Assembly: GCA_043822785.1 (NCBI GenBank) | Contig: JBDRBN010000130.1 | Coordinates: 1-14,549 of the forward strand | Reading direction: 5' to 3' | DNA from: Pseudomonadota bacterium | GTDB lineage: Bacteria > UBA10199 > 2-02-FULL-44-16 > JAAZCA01 | DNA length: 14,549 nucleotides | Shown: piece after piece, positions 1 to 8,500 of the stretch | Position numbering within the stretch: position 1 is the first letter of the stretch | Layout: every line of letters begins with the position of its first letter | Program-made: the position numbers and the translations under genes | The notes under the pieces: model-generated | The model's input: the letters and a program-made list of their open reading frames with translations, nothing else | Database searches by the model: none | Told to the model about the DNA's origin: nothing

Positions 1-1
1 T

Positions 2-1423
2 GGTGCCAGTTATTCGGTCGCAGTAGCAACTCAGCCAACAGGGCAGGGTTGTTTTGTTGCAAATGGTACAGGAACTGTATCAGGGGCAGATGTAAACGAT
101 GTGGCCATAAAGTGCTTTAAGTCAGGCACGCTTGATAAAAGCTTTGGTTCAGATGGGATTGTAATGCAACACAATGCTGCAGGTGGAAATGCTAATGATG
201 AGGGCTCCTCTATCACAACAGATACAAAGGGCAGAATACTTGTGGCCGGTTATAGTTGGAACGGCTTAGATAAGGACATGGTGATCTGGCGGTTTAATGC
301 TGAGGGCACACTTGATTCAAGCTTTGGTTCAGACGGAGTGGTAGTTCATGACAATGCTGCTGGTGGTGGTCAGAACAAACAGGATGGCGGTGTCTCAATT
401 GTCACGGATAAAAGCGAAAGGATACTCGTTGCTGGATATAGCTGGAATGGTTCAAATTATGACATGATTATCTGGCGGTTTAAGGAAAATGGCAAGCTTG
501 ACGACTCCTTTGATGGGGATGGCATAGTGATAGCTCACAATGCTGCAGGAGGAAATGATAATGATCATGGTCTTTCCATCGTAATGGATGCTAATGATAA
601 AATACTCGTGGCAGGTTTTAGTTCAAATGCCTCTAATAATGCTGACATGGTGATTTGGCGGTACAACAGAGACGGTAAGCCCGATGACTCCTTTGGCTCA
701 AACGGGATAGTCGTTCATGGCAATGCCGCAGGTGGAAACAGCCATGATTGGGGAGCCTCCATTGCCGTAGATACACAAGGCAGGATACTCGTTACTGGTA
801 AGAGCAAGAACAACATAGGAAATTTCGGCATGGTGATCTGGAGATATGACGAAGACGGCAAACTCGATCCTACCTTCAATGCATCTGGGCAGAATCCAGG
901 CATACTAGTTAGCCACAACGCTGCTGGTGGAAATGGCGATGATATTGGCTTTTCTATCACAACGGATGCAAAAAATAGAGTAGTCGTGGCTGGATATAGC
1001 TGGAATGCTTTAAATCCAGTAAATCCCGACATGGTGATATGGAGGTTTAAGGAAGATGGCACTCCTGATGCTGAGTTTGGTTCGAACGGCGTAGCAGTAC
1101 ATCACGATGCAGCGGGTGGGAAAAATTGGGATCAGGGGCTTTCTGTTGCTACTGATGCAAAAGACAGAATATTCGTTACAGGTGATAGTAGGAACCAATC
1201 CGGAGATACCGATATGGTGATCTGGAAGTATAAAGAAGATGGCAAGATCGATACCTCTTTTGGCTCAGGCGGGGTAGTCGTACATGGCAATGCTGCAGGC
1301 GGGAATAGTCTTGATGCTGGTAAGTCCATCACGATCGATGCAGACGGCAAGATACTCGTGACGGGATATAGCGTGAATATGGCTCCAGAGGCCGACATGG
1401 TGATCTGGCGGTATATACCGTAA
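2..1423 (+). CDS. Exported/surface protein with C-terminal 7-repeat Delta-60-like beta-propeller; 5' end lies outside the window
   Basis: The frame of the 101..1423 ORF is open back to base 2 (GASYSVAVATQPTGQGCFVANGTGTVSGADVNDVAIKC), so the GTG at 101 is not the true start. It is followed by seven repeats of G-x-(L/P/I)-D-x-(S/T/E)-F...(N/D)AAGG...D-x-G-x-S-(I/V)...D...(R/K)-I-L-V-(A/T)-G...DMVIWR, matching the Delta-60 repeat pattern. Stop TAA at 1421-1423. Confidence 0.85.
   Translation, partial: GASYSVAVATQPTGQGCFVANGTGTVSGADVNDVAIKCFKSGTLDKSFGSDGIVMQHNAAGGNANDEGSSITTDTKGRILVAGYSWNGLDKDMVIWRFNAEGTLDSSFGSDGVVVHDNAAGGGQNKQDGGVSIVTDKSERILVAGYSWNGSNYDMIIWRFKENGKLDDSFDGDGIVIAHNAAGGNDNDHGLSIVMDANDKILVAGFSSNASNNADMVIWRYNRDGKPDDSFGSNGIVVHGNAAGGNSHDWGASIAVDTQGRILVTGKSKNNIGNFGMVIWRYDEDGKLDPTFNASGQNPGILVSHNAAGGNGDDIGFSITTDAKNRVVVAGYSWNALNPVNPDMVIWRFKEDGTPDAEFGSNGVAVHHDAAGGKNWDQGLSVATDAKDRIFVTGDSRNQSGDTDMVIWKYKEDGKIDTSFGSGGVVVHGNAAGGNSLDAGKSITIDADGKILVTGYSVNMAPEADMVIWRYIP
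122..1420 (+). repeat. Seven intragenic tandem repeats of ~60-67 codons
   Basis: Seven occurrences of (N/D)AAGG and of M(V/I)IW(R/K). The DNA motif gacatggtgatctggcgg or close variants recurs about every 180-200 nt. Confidence 0.9.
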
Positions 1424-1469
1424 TAAAAACATTTGGAAATCCCTTCGCTTTACGCTATAGCTCCTGCCC

Positions 1470-2276
1470 ATGTCACCTAATGCAAATGCACCAATAGGGA
1501 TCTTCGATTCCGGCATCGGCGGGCTAACCGTATTTGCAGCGGTTCGCAAACTTTTGCCCCACGAGTCAATCATCTACCTTGGCGATACTGCTAGAGTTCC
1601 TTATGGCACAAAATCAGCCGAGACTGTGGTGCGATATGCGCGCGAATGCGCGGATTTTCTCATGGAGCGCAAGGTCAAAGCCATAGTGGTTGCCTGTAAT
1701 ACTGCCTCTGCATATGCACTGCCCCATCTTGCAGATAGTTTTGATGTACCAGTTCTGGGCGTAGTCGAACCTGGGTGTGAGGCTGCGCTTGAGATAACAA
1801 AGAAAAGGGCTGTTGGCGTTATAGGCACAGCCGGAACCATAGCTTCCAACGCCTATGGAAGCCTGCTCAAGTCAAAGGATCCAAACGTTCGGGTTGTAAG
1901 CCGGGCATGCCCGCTCTTTGTGCCGCTTGTGGAAGAGGGGTGGGTGGATAATGATGTAACCTCTGCTTCGGCCGAGCGTTATCTAAAGGGTCTTCGCGAA
2001 GAGGGTATTGATGCGCTGATACTTGGCTGCACACATTATCCTCTGCTTACCAAGACAATTGCCAAGCATATGGGCGATGCAATTAAGCTTGTGGATTCAG
2101 CAGAAGCTACGGCGTGCGCTCTAGAAAAGCTGCTTTCCGAAAAGGGGCTAGTGGCAAAGCAAGGCAATATGCCTAAGCACCATCTTTATGTTACAGATTT
2201 GCCCGCCCGTTTTGAAACCATTGCCCACAAATTTCTTAAAGGCGATCTGCCGCAGGTATCGAGGGTAGACCTGTAA
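1470..2276 (+). CDS. murI: Glutamate racemase
   Basis: PIGIFDSGIGGLTV, YLGDTARVPYGTKS, catalytic cysteine motifs VACNTAS and LGCTHYP; 268 aa. Confidence 0.97.
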   Translation: MSPNANAPIGIFDSGIGGLTVFAAVRKLLPHESIIYLGDTARVPYGTKSAETVVRYARECADFLMERKVKAIVVACNTASAYALPHLADSFDVPVLGVVEPGCEAALEITKKRAVGVIGTAGTIASNAYGSLLKSKDPNVRVVSRACPLFVPLVEEGWVDNDVTSASAERYLKGLREEGIDALILGCTHYPLLTKTIAKHMGDAIKLVDSAEATACALEKLLSEKGLVAKQGNMPKHHLYVTDLPARFETIAHKFLKGDLPQVSRVDL

Positions 2277-2292
2277 AGACGCCAGCAAGGAA

Positions 2293-2376
2293 TGTCATTG
2301 CGAGTCACGAAGTGACGAAGCAATCTCCTAAAACCCTGGAGATCGCCACGCCCGCTAGTGCGGGCTCGCGATGACA
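2293..2376. repeat. REP-like inverted hairpin doublet (TGTC-tagged), copy 1
   Basis: Termini TGTCATTGCGAG (2293-2304) and CTCGCGATGACA (2365-2376). Internal hairpins GTCAC-GAA-GTGAC and GCCCGC-TAGT-GCGGGC. A related element lies at 14448-14533. Confidence 0.85.
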
Positions 2377-2444
2377 ATTCGAGTTGCATTATGTTTTCGC
2401 AATGTTAAATATCACAAATTAATTCATGAACTTGGGGGAGGCTC

Positions 2445-3653
2445 ATGTATCATCAACTCAAAAGTTTAATTCTGATCGCTTCCATTATTATTTCTGCAAT
2501 TTGCCTGCCGGTCAGAGCAGATGCCCTTACAGATAAAGGCTTTCGCGCTCTGCACAATTTTACGCGAGTTTTGCATTATATAGAAGACAACTACGTAAGC
2601 GATGTTGACGAAGAAAAGCTTATCGAAGGCGCAATACGCGGAATGGTGGAGACGCTAGATCCTCACAGCGTATACATGAGCCCAGAGATAAACAGGGAGC
2701 TAAAGGTTGATACTAGAGGTCGCTTTGATGGTATCGGTATTGAAGTAGGAGTGCGCAATGGCTACCTTGTTGTTGTGGCTCCTGTCAAAGGTTCTCCTGC
2801 AGATAAAGCAGGTATTCAGGCTGGCGATCGCATCATCAAGATCAACGGCAAGCCTACAAAGGGCATGAATCTCGGTGAGGCGGTTACCAAGATAAGGGGA
2901 AAGCGCAGTAGCAGAATAACTCTCACGATTGATCGTGAGGGCGAAAAAAATCCATTCGATGTTTCATTGACCCGCCAAATCATAGACGTACCCTCTGTAC
3001 ATGCAGAGGCGCTTGACGATAATCTTGGATATATCAGCATATCCAGCTTTCAGCAGGGTACTGCGCGCTCGCTTGAAAAAGCGCTTAAAGATCTTTCTAA
3101 GAAAGAGCCATTGCGCGGCATCGTTTTGGATATGCGCAAAAACCCTGGAGGCCTGCTCGAGCAAGCTGTGGCAATCTCAGATCTGTTTTTAGACCATGGC
3201 ACGATTGTTTCTACAGAAACCAGAGGAAAAGAGATTGACAAGCGCGAGGCCCATCCAGAGGATACACAGCCAGATTATCCCATCGTGGTTTTAGTTGATG
3301 GAGGATCTGCATCAGCATCAGAGATCGTGGCAGCAGCGCTTAAAGATAACAACCGTGCAACGGTCATGGGCACTGAGACTTTTGGCAAGGGATCGGTTCA
3401 GACAGTTATAGACTTGGATGACGGCTCAGGCCTTAAGCTCACCATCGCTCATTATAAGACACCGAGCGGCCGCCTCATTCAAGATCATGGCATTGTTCCA
3501 GACATAAAGGTCGAAGCAAAGCCGCCTGAAAAGGTGGTTGAAACAAAAGAAGGCGCAGAGCAGAAAGAGCCGGAAAAGAAACCCCATGTCGATTACCAAA
3601 GGCAAAGGGCAATCGAGTTTTTGCGAGAGATGACAGATGCAAAATCAAAATAA
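2445..3653 (+). CDS. ctpA: S41 family carboxyl-terminal processing protease with PDZ domain
   Basis: N-terminal hydrophobic signal, LDPHSVY, PDZ region GIGIEV...GSPADKAGIQAGDRI, LDMRKNPGGLL, catalytic GSASASEI and GKGSVQ. RBS GGGGAGG just upstream. Confidence 0.93.
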   Translation: MYHQLKSLILIASIIISAICLPVRADALTDKGFRALHNFTRVLHYIEDNYVSDVDEEKLIEGAIRGMVETLDPHSVYMSPEINRELKVDTRGRFDGIGIEVGVRNGYLVVVAPVKGSPADKAGIQAGDRIIKINGKPTKGMNLGEAVTKIRGKRSSRITLTIDREGEKNPFDVSLTRQIIDVPSVHAEALDDNLGYISISSFQQGTARSLEKALKDLSKKEPLRGIVLDMRKNPGGLLEQAVAISDLFLDHGTIVSTETRGKEIDKREAHPEDTQPDYPIVVLVDGGSASASEIVAAALKDNNRATVMGTETFGKGSVQTVIDLDDGSGLKLTIAHYKTPSGRLIQDHGIVPDIKVEAKPPEKVVETKEGAEQKEPEKKPHVDYQRQRAIEFLREMTDAKSK

Positions 3654-3679
3654 AATTCCATGCAATAAAATAGTAAAAT

Positions 3680-3751
3680 CCATTTTCTAATTTCCAATAT
3701 CGCTTTTGACTGAAAACCATGAAAGGCGAAATTAGATATTAGAAATTAGAA
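3680..3751. repeat. AT-rich inverted repeat built from 7-nt units; possible terminator or leader hairpin between ctpA and pfk
   Basis: TTCTAATTTCCAATATC (3685-3701) pairs with GATATTAGAAATTAGAA (3735-3751) with one mismatch. The right arm reads aaaggcg-aaattag-atattag-aaattag. Confidence 0.7.
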
Positions 3752-3775
3752 TTTCATTAAGGGAGGCAATAGATC

Positions 3776-4810
3776 ATGACAAAACGGTTAGGAATACTTA
3801 CAGGCGGTGGAGATTGCCCTGGTCTTAATGCAGTTATTCGAGCAGTGGTCCGAAGGGCTATTCAATATGGTGGATACGATGTTGTTGGCATCAAGCATGG
3901 TTGGCGTGGTGTGCTCGAATGCGAAACCATGAAGCTTACGAGACAAGATGTCAGGGGCATTCTTCATCGTGGTGGAACCATTCTCGGCACAAGCCGCACG
4001 AATATTTTTAAAGATGAAGAGACCACCAACAAAGCGCTCGATGGCATCAAGAAGATGAAACTCGATGCGCTCATCGCTGTCGGGGGTGAGGATACTTTGG
4101 GTGCAGCCAAGAAGCTCACCGATATGGGAATAAAGATCGTCGGTTGCCCAAAAACCATAGACAACGATCTCATGGGTACGGATCAGACCTTTGGCTTTGA
4201 CACCGCCCTTGAGGTGGTTACAGACGCCATCGATAGGTTGCATACTACAGCCGAGTCACATGATCGCGTTCTGGTTTGCGAAGTCATGGGCAGGCATGCC
4301 GGCTGGATAGCAGTATATTCTGGTCTTGCTGGAGGAGCAGACTGCATACTCATACCTGAGAAGCCCATTGATATCGATGAAGTTTGTGAAATGGTCATGC
4401 GGCGTTCCCGCGCTGGTGTACACTTCAGCATCATAGTTGTAGCAGAAGGTGCCAAGATCGGTGACGAAGAGGTGCTGGCATCACAACGCAAAGATGAATT
4501 TGGACATGTGCAATTGGGTGGCATAGGCGGCGTGCTGTCAAGGTTGATTGAAGAGAAGACCGGCTTTGAGACGCGTGTTACTGTTTTGGGTCACATTCAG
4601 CGCGGTGGCAGCCCTACTGCGTTTGACAGAGTACTGGCCACACGCTACGGCGTTGCTGCAATGGATGCTGTGCACAAGGGCCACTTTGGAGTGCTCATAG
4701 CCCTTAAGGGCAGGGATATAGTTGAAGAGCCACTCGCCAAGGTAGCCGAGGGCATCCATACGGTAGGGGATGACTTTTTCGAGATGACGAAAACCTTTTG
4801 GGGATATTGA
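3776..4810 (+). CDS. pfkA: 6-phosphofructokinase, PfkA superfamily group III, likely PPi-dependent
   Basis: LTGGGDCPGLNAVIR, GGTILGTSR, GGEDT, PKTIDND, EVMGRHAGW, LGHIQRGG. RBS GGGAGG at 3761-3766. Confidence 0.93.
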   Translation: MTKRLGILTGGGDCPGLNAVIRAVVRRAIQYGGYDVVGIKHGWRGVLECETMKLTRQDVRGILHRGGTILGTSRTNIFKDEETTNKALDGIKKMKLDALIAVGGEDTLGAAKKLTDMGIKIVGCPKTIDNDLMGTDQTFGFDTALEVVTDAIDRLHTTAESHDRVLVCEVMGRHAGWIAVYSGLAGGADCILIPEKPIDIDEVCEMVMRRSRAGVHFSIIVVAEGAKIGDEEVLASQRKDEFGHVQLGGIGGVLSRLIEEKTGFETRVTVLGHIQRGGSPTAFDRVLATRYGVAAMDAVHKGHFGVLIALKGRDIVEEPLAKVAEGIHTVGDDFFEMTKTFWGY

Positions 4811-4819
4811 TTCCAATCC

Positions 4820-5575
4820 GTGCAACTAAGTCAAAGTCAAATTGAGCGATACACGCACCACATCGTCCTAAAGGATATTGGCGGAGAAGGGCAGAGGAAA
4901 CTCCTATCTTCCAAGGTGCTCATAGTTGGGGCAGGCGGATTGGGCTCACCGGCTGCTCTGTATCTTGCTGCAGCAGGCGTGGGTACTGTTGGGATTGCAG
5001 ATGAGGATGAAGTTGAGATCGGTAACCTGCAACGGCAGATTCTCCACTTCACGGATGATATAGGGCGTAGCAAGGTGGCTTCAGCAAAGGAAAAGTTATG
5101 TGCTCTCAACACCGACGTCAAAATCATTCCTCTGCATAAGAGGCTTGATACAAGAAATATTGTTTCTGAAATAGCTGATTTTGATTTTATAGTGGATGCA
5201 ACCGACAATTTTGACAGCAAATTTCTCATCAACGATACATGCGTTAGCTTGGGCAAGCCATATTCCCATGCAGGTGTAGTGGGTTTTAAAGGACAGACCT
5301 TCACTTATGTTCCTGGATCACTTTGCTATCGCTGCATATTTTCTGATCCTCCCCCCGCCGGCACTATCCAGGATTGTCGCGGATCAGGCATATTAGGGGC
5401 AGTTGCTGGAATGATGGGTACAATTCAAGCAGCGGAAGCTATCAAATATCTAATCGGCAATGGCGATCTTCTCACAGACAAACTGTTAACAGTAAACCTC
5501 TTGACCATGGATTTTAGAACGATCCCGCTTACACGTAACAAGGATTGCCCTGTGTGTGGCAAGTTAACATCATAA
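4820..5575 (+). CDS. MoeB/ThiF/HesA family E1-like adenylyltransferase
   Basis: VLIVGAGGLGSP nucleotide-binding loop, NLQRQILH, DATDNF, Zn motifs CYRC and CPVC, crossover-loop Cys (QDCRGSGILG). GTG start 9 nt after the pfk stop; no rhodanese domain. Confidence 0.92.
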   Translation: MQLSQSQIERYTHHIVLKDIGGEGQRKLLSSKVLIVGAGGLGSPAALYLAAAGVGTVGIADEDEVEIGNLQRQILHFTDDIGRSKVASAKEKLCALNTDVKIIPLHKRLDTRNIVSEIADFDFIVDATDNFDSKFLINDTCVSLGKPYSHAGVVGFKGQTFTYVPGSLCYRCIFSDPPPAGTIQDCRGSGILGAVAGMMGTIQAAEAIKYLIGNGDLLTDKLLTVNLLTMDFRTIPLTRNKDCPVCGKLTS

Positions 5576-8500
5576 TTCCGTATAATGAGTTGCTTGCTCA
5601 GGTTTTGGGAGTTGCTTGCCCTTCTTCATAACGAAGTGCCACTTCCATATCGTATAGACCACGGGATAGATCAAAAGCGTCGAGATGAAGGAGGTGATCA
5701 TGCCACCTACCATCGGTGCTGCGATGTGTTTCATTACATCAGCGCCGGCAGCGCCCGTAACAGCGAACATAATGGGCATGAGTCCCACGAAGGTGGTTAC
5801 CGCTGCCATGAGCTTGGGGCGGACGCGCTGAACCGCGCCGTGGATCGATGCTGCCTCGACGTCCTCCATGGTCCTCATGCGTCCATTCCGAACCATGTGG
5901 TCAAATGATAGGTCGAGATAGAGCATCATCACCACTCCGGTCTCTGCGTCGATGCCGGCAAGGGCGATGATCCCCACCCATACCGCGATGCTCATTTGAT
6001 ATCCCAGGATGTAGATCATCCATATTGCACCGACGAGTGCGAATGAAACTGAGAGCTGTACGATGATCGTGCGCACGAGGGAACGCGTGTTGATGTAGAG
6101 CAGAAGGAAGATGAGAAAGAGCGCAAGCGGGATCATCACCATCAGACGTTTGTACGCGCGTTCTATGTACTCATACTGTCCGCTCCAGGCAAGGTAGTAA
6201 CCAGAAGGTATCTGAACGTTTTTCGCTATGATCTCCTTAGCCTTTTTTACATAGCCGGTTATATCAGTGCCATCCTTAAGATCCACATAGACCCAGCTTG
6301 TAAGCATGCCGTTCTCGTCTTTTATCACCGGTGGGCCGCTTGTGATCTTTATGTCCGCCACTTGCTCGATCGGTATCTGGGCGCCAGATGGCGTTGACAC
6401 CAGTACGCGTTTTAGTTCGTCGATGTTTGCGCGAAGATCTCTGTCATAACGCACGTTGATGGGATAGCGCTCGCGGCCTTCGATGGTTTCACCTATGTTC
6501 ATTCCTCCGATGGAACTCTCTATGACCGCTTCAACGTCGCCGACTCTCAGGCCGTACCTAGCAATTCGATCACGATCTATGTCAAAATCGACGAAGAATC
6601 CGCCTGTGCTCCGCTCTGCAAACACGCTGCGCGTGCCGGAAATCGACGGAAGCGTAGCCTCTATCTGTTCTCCAATCTTCTGGGTTACCTTCAGGTCCGG
6701 TCCAAATATCTTTATTCCGATTGGCGTGCGAATACCCGTGGTGAGCATGTCGATACGGGTCTTGATAGGCATGATCCAGGCATTAGTGGTGCCAGGGAGC
6801 TTAACCGTGCGATCCAATTCAGCGATTAGCTCCTCCCAGGTACGGGGTTTTTTATCAGGAAGGAACGGCTTGAACCAGAGCGTGGTCCACCACGGCCATC
6901 CAGAGTACCAGCGCTCTTTGGAGACCTTTGGCCACTCGTTCATGGGTTTGAGGTGTATAGTTGTCTCCACCATGGACAGCGGTGCCGGATCTGTTGCAGT
7001 GCGTGCGCGTCCGACCTTACCGAATACTGTTTCGACCTCCGGAAACGAGATGATGAGTTGATCTTGAATCTGCAGCCAGCGCTTGGCTTCTTCAATTGAT
7101 ATGCCTGGGAGTGTTGTGGGCATATAGAGGATATCACCCTCGTTTAAAGGAGGCATAAACTCTGTGCCCAGACGCATGTAGACTGGGACGATGGAGAGGG
7201 TCAGAATAATCGTTACGATCATCGTCCCCTTACGGTGCTTGAGTATCCACCGCATGATTGGCCCATAGATGCGAAACATGGCCTGGCTGACTGGGTGCTC
7301 ATCCTCAGGCAGTATGCGCCCACCGGTGAAAAATCGACTGATGCGGGCGCGGATGCCCTTTGGGGTGGGGCGGTCATCTGGCTTGATGAATATCTGCATG
7401 AGCACCGGCACGAGCGTGATCGCTACCAATGCGGCAAATAGCATGGAAAAGTTTTCGGTAAAGGCAAGTGGTCGAAAGAGCCTCCCCTCCTGAGCCTGAA
7501 GGGCGTAGACTGGCATGAAGGAGACACCTAGGATCAGCAGTGAGAAGAACAGAGGCCGACCCACTTCCTGGGCAGCGTGCAGCACTACCATCGCTCGGTC
7601 CTGTTTTCGCCCCTCTTGTTCCCAATGCTCTAAGTGTTTGTGGGCGTTTTCCACAAGGATCACAGCTGCATCGACCATAGCGCCGATGGCGATGGCAATA
7701 CCACCGAGCGACATGATGTTGGAGGTTATGCCCAGATAGTACATTGGGATAAAGGAGAGCAGCGCTGCGAATGGCAGAGTGACAATGGGAATGAGCGAGC
7801 TCTTGAAGTGCCAAAGAAAGATGATGATGGCTAGTGCGACGATCACCATCTCTTTGATCAGCGTATCTCGCAGTGTATTGATCGAACGGTGTATGAGATC
7901 AGATCGATCATAGGCGATGAGTAGTTCCACGCCCTCCGGGAGCGAGGGTTTGATCTCCTCTATCCTTTTCTTGACCTTTTCTATTACCGTAAGAGCGTTC
8001 TCGCCCCAGCGCATCACGACGATGCCGCCTACGACTTCACCCTCGCCATTCCACTCCGCAGCTCCCCTGCGTATGTCCGGTCCCAGTTTTACGTTTGCCA
8101 CGTCCTTTACGGTGATAGGTGTGTCTTCTTTGCCCATGCCTATGACGACCTTTTCAATGTCCTGAACGGACTTGATGTACCCCCGACCTCGGACAAAAAA
8201 CTCTGCGCCTTGCATTTCAAGCACGCGACCGCCCACGTCGTTGTTGGATGCTTTGATGGACATGATCACGTGTTTTAGTGGGATGCCTAGTGCCTTTAGC
8301 TTATTGGGATCTACCGTGACCTGATACTGTTTCACGAAACCGCCGATAGAGGCCACCTCGGCAACACCCGGCACTGCCTCCAGGATGTAGCGGAGTGACC
8401 AGTCTTGAAAACTCCGAAGATCCGCCAAACTCTGTGTGCCAGTCTTGTCCACGAGTGCGTATTCAAAGACCCAACCCACGCCGGTCGCATCCGGGCCAAG

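Noticed and set aside
122..1420. Regularly spaced DNA repeats as a CRISPR array or DGR template/variable repeats
   Set aside because: The repeats are in-frame protein repeats with ~180-200-nt period and degenerate codon positions. There is no cas or reverse transcriptase gene, and no obvious adenine-specific variation.
2293..2376. tRNA, given the cloverleaf-like fold and ~84-nt length
   Set aside because: There is no T-loop GTTCRA, D-loop consensus or 7-nt anticodon loop. The sequence matches the repeat at 14448 instead.
2186..2389. 67-aa minus-strand ORF across the murI end and the repeat
   Set aside because: It is antisense to murI and runs through the palindromic element, which commonly creates spurious ORFs.
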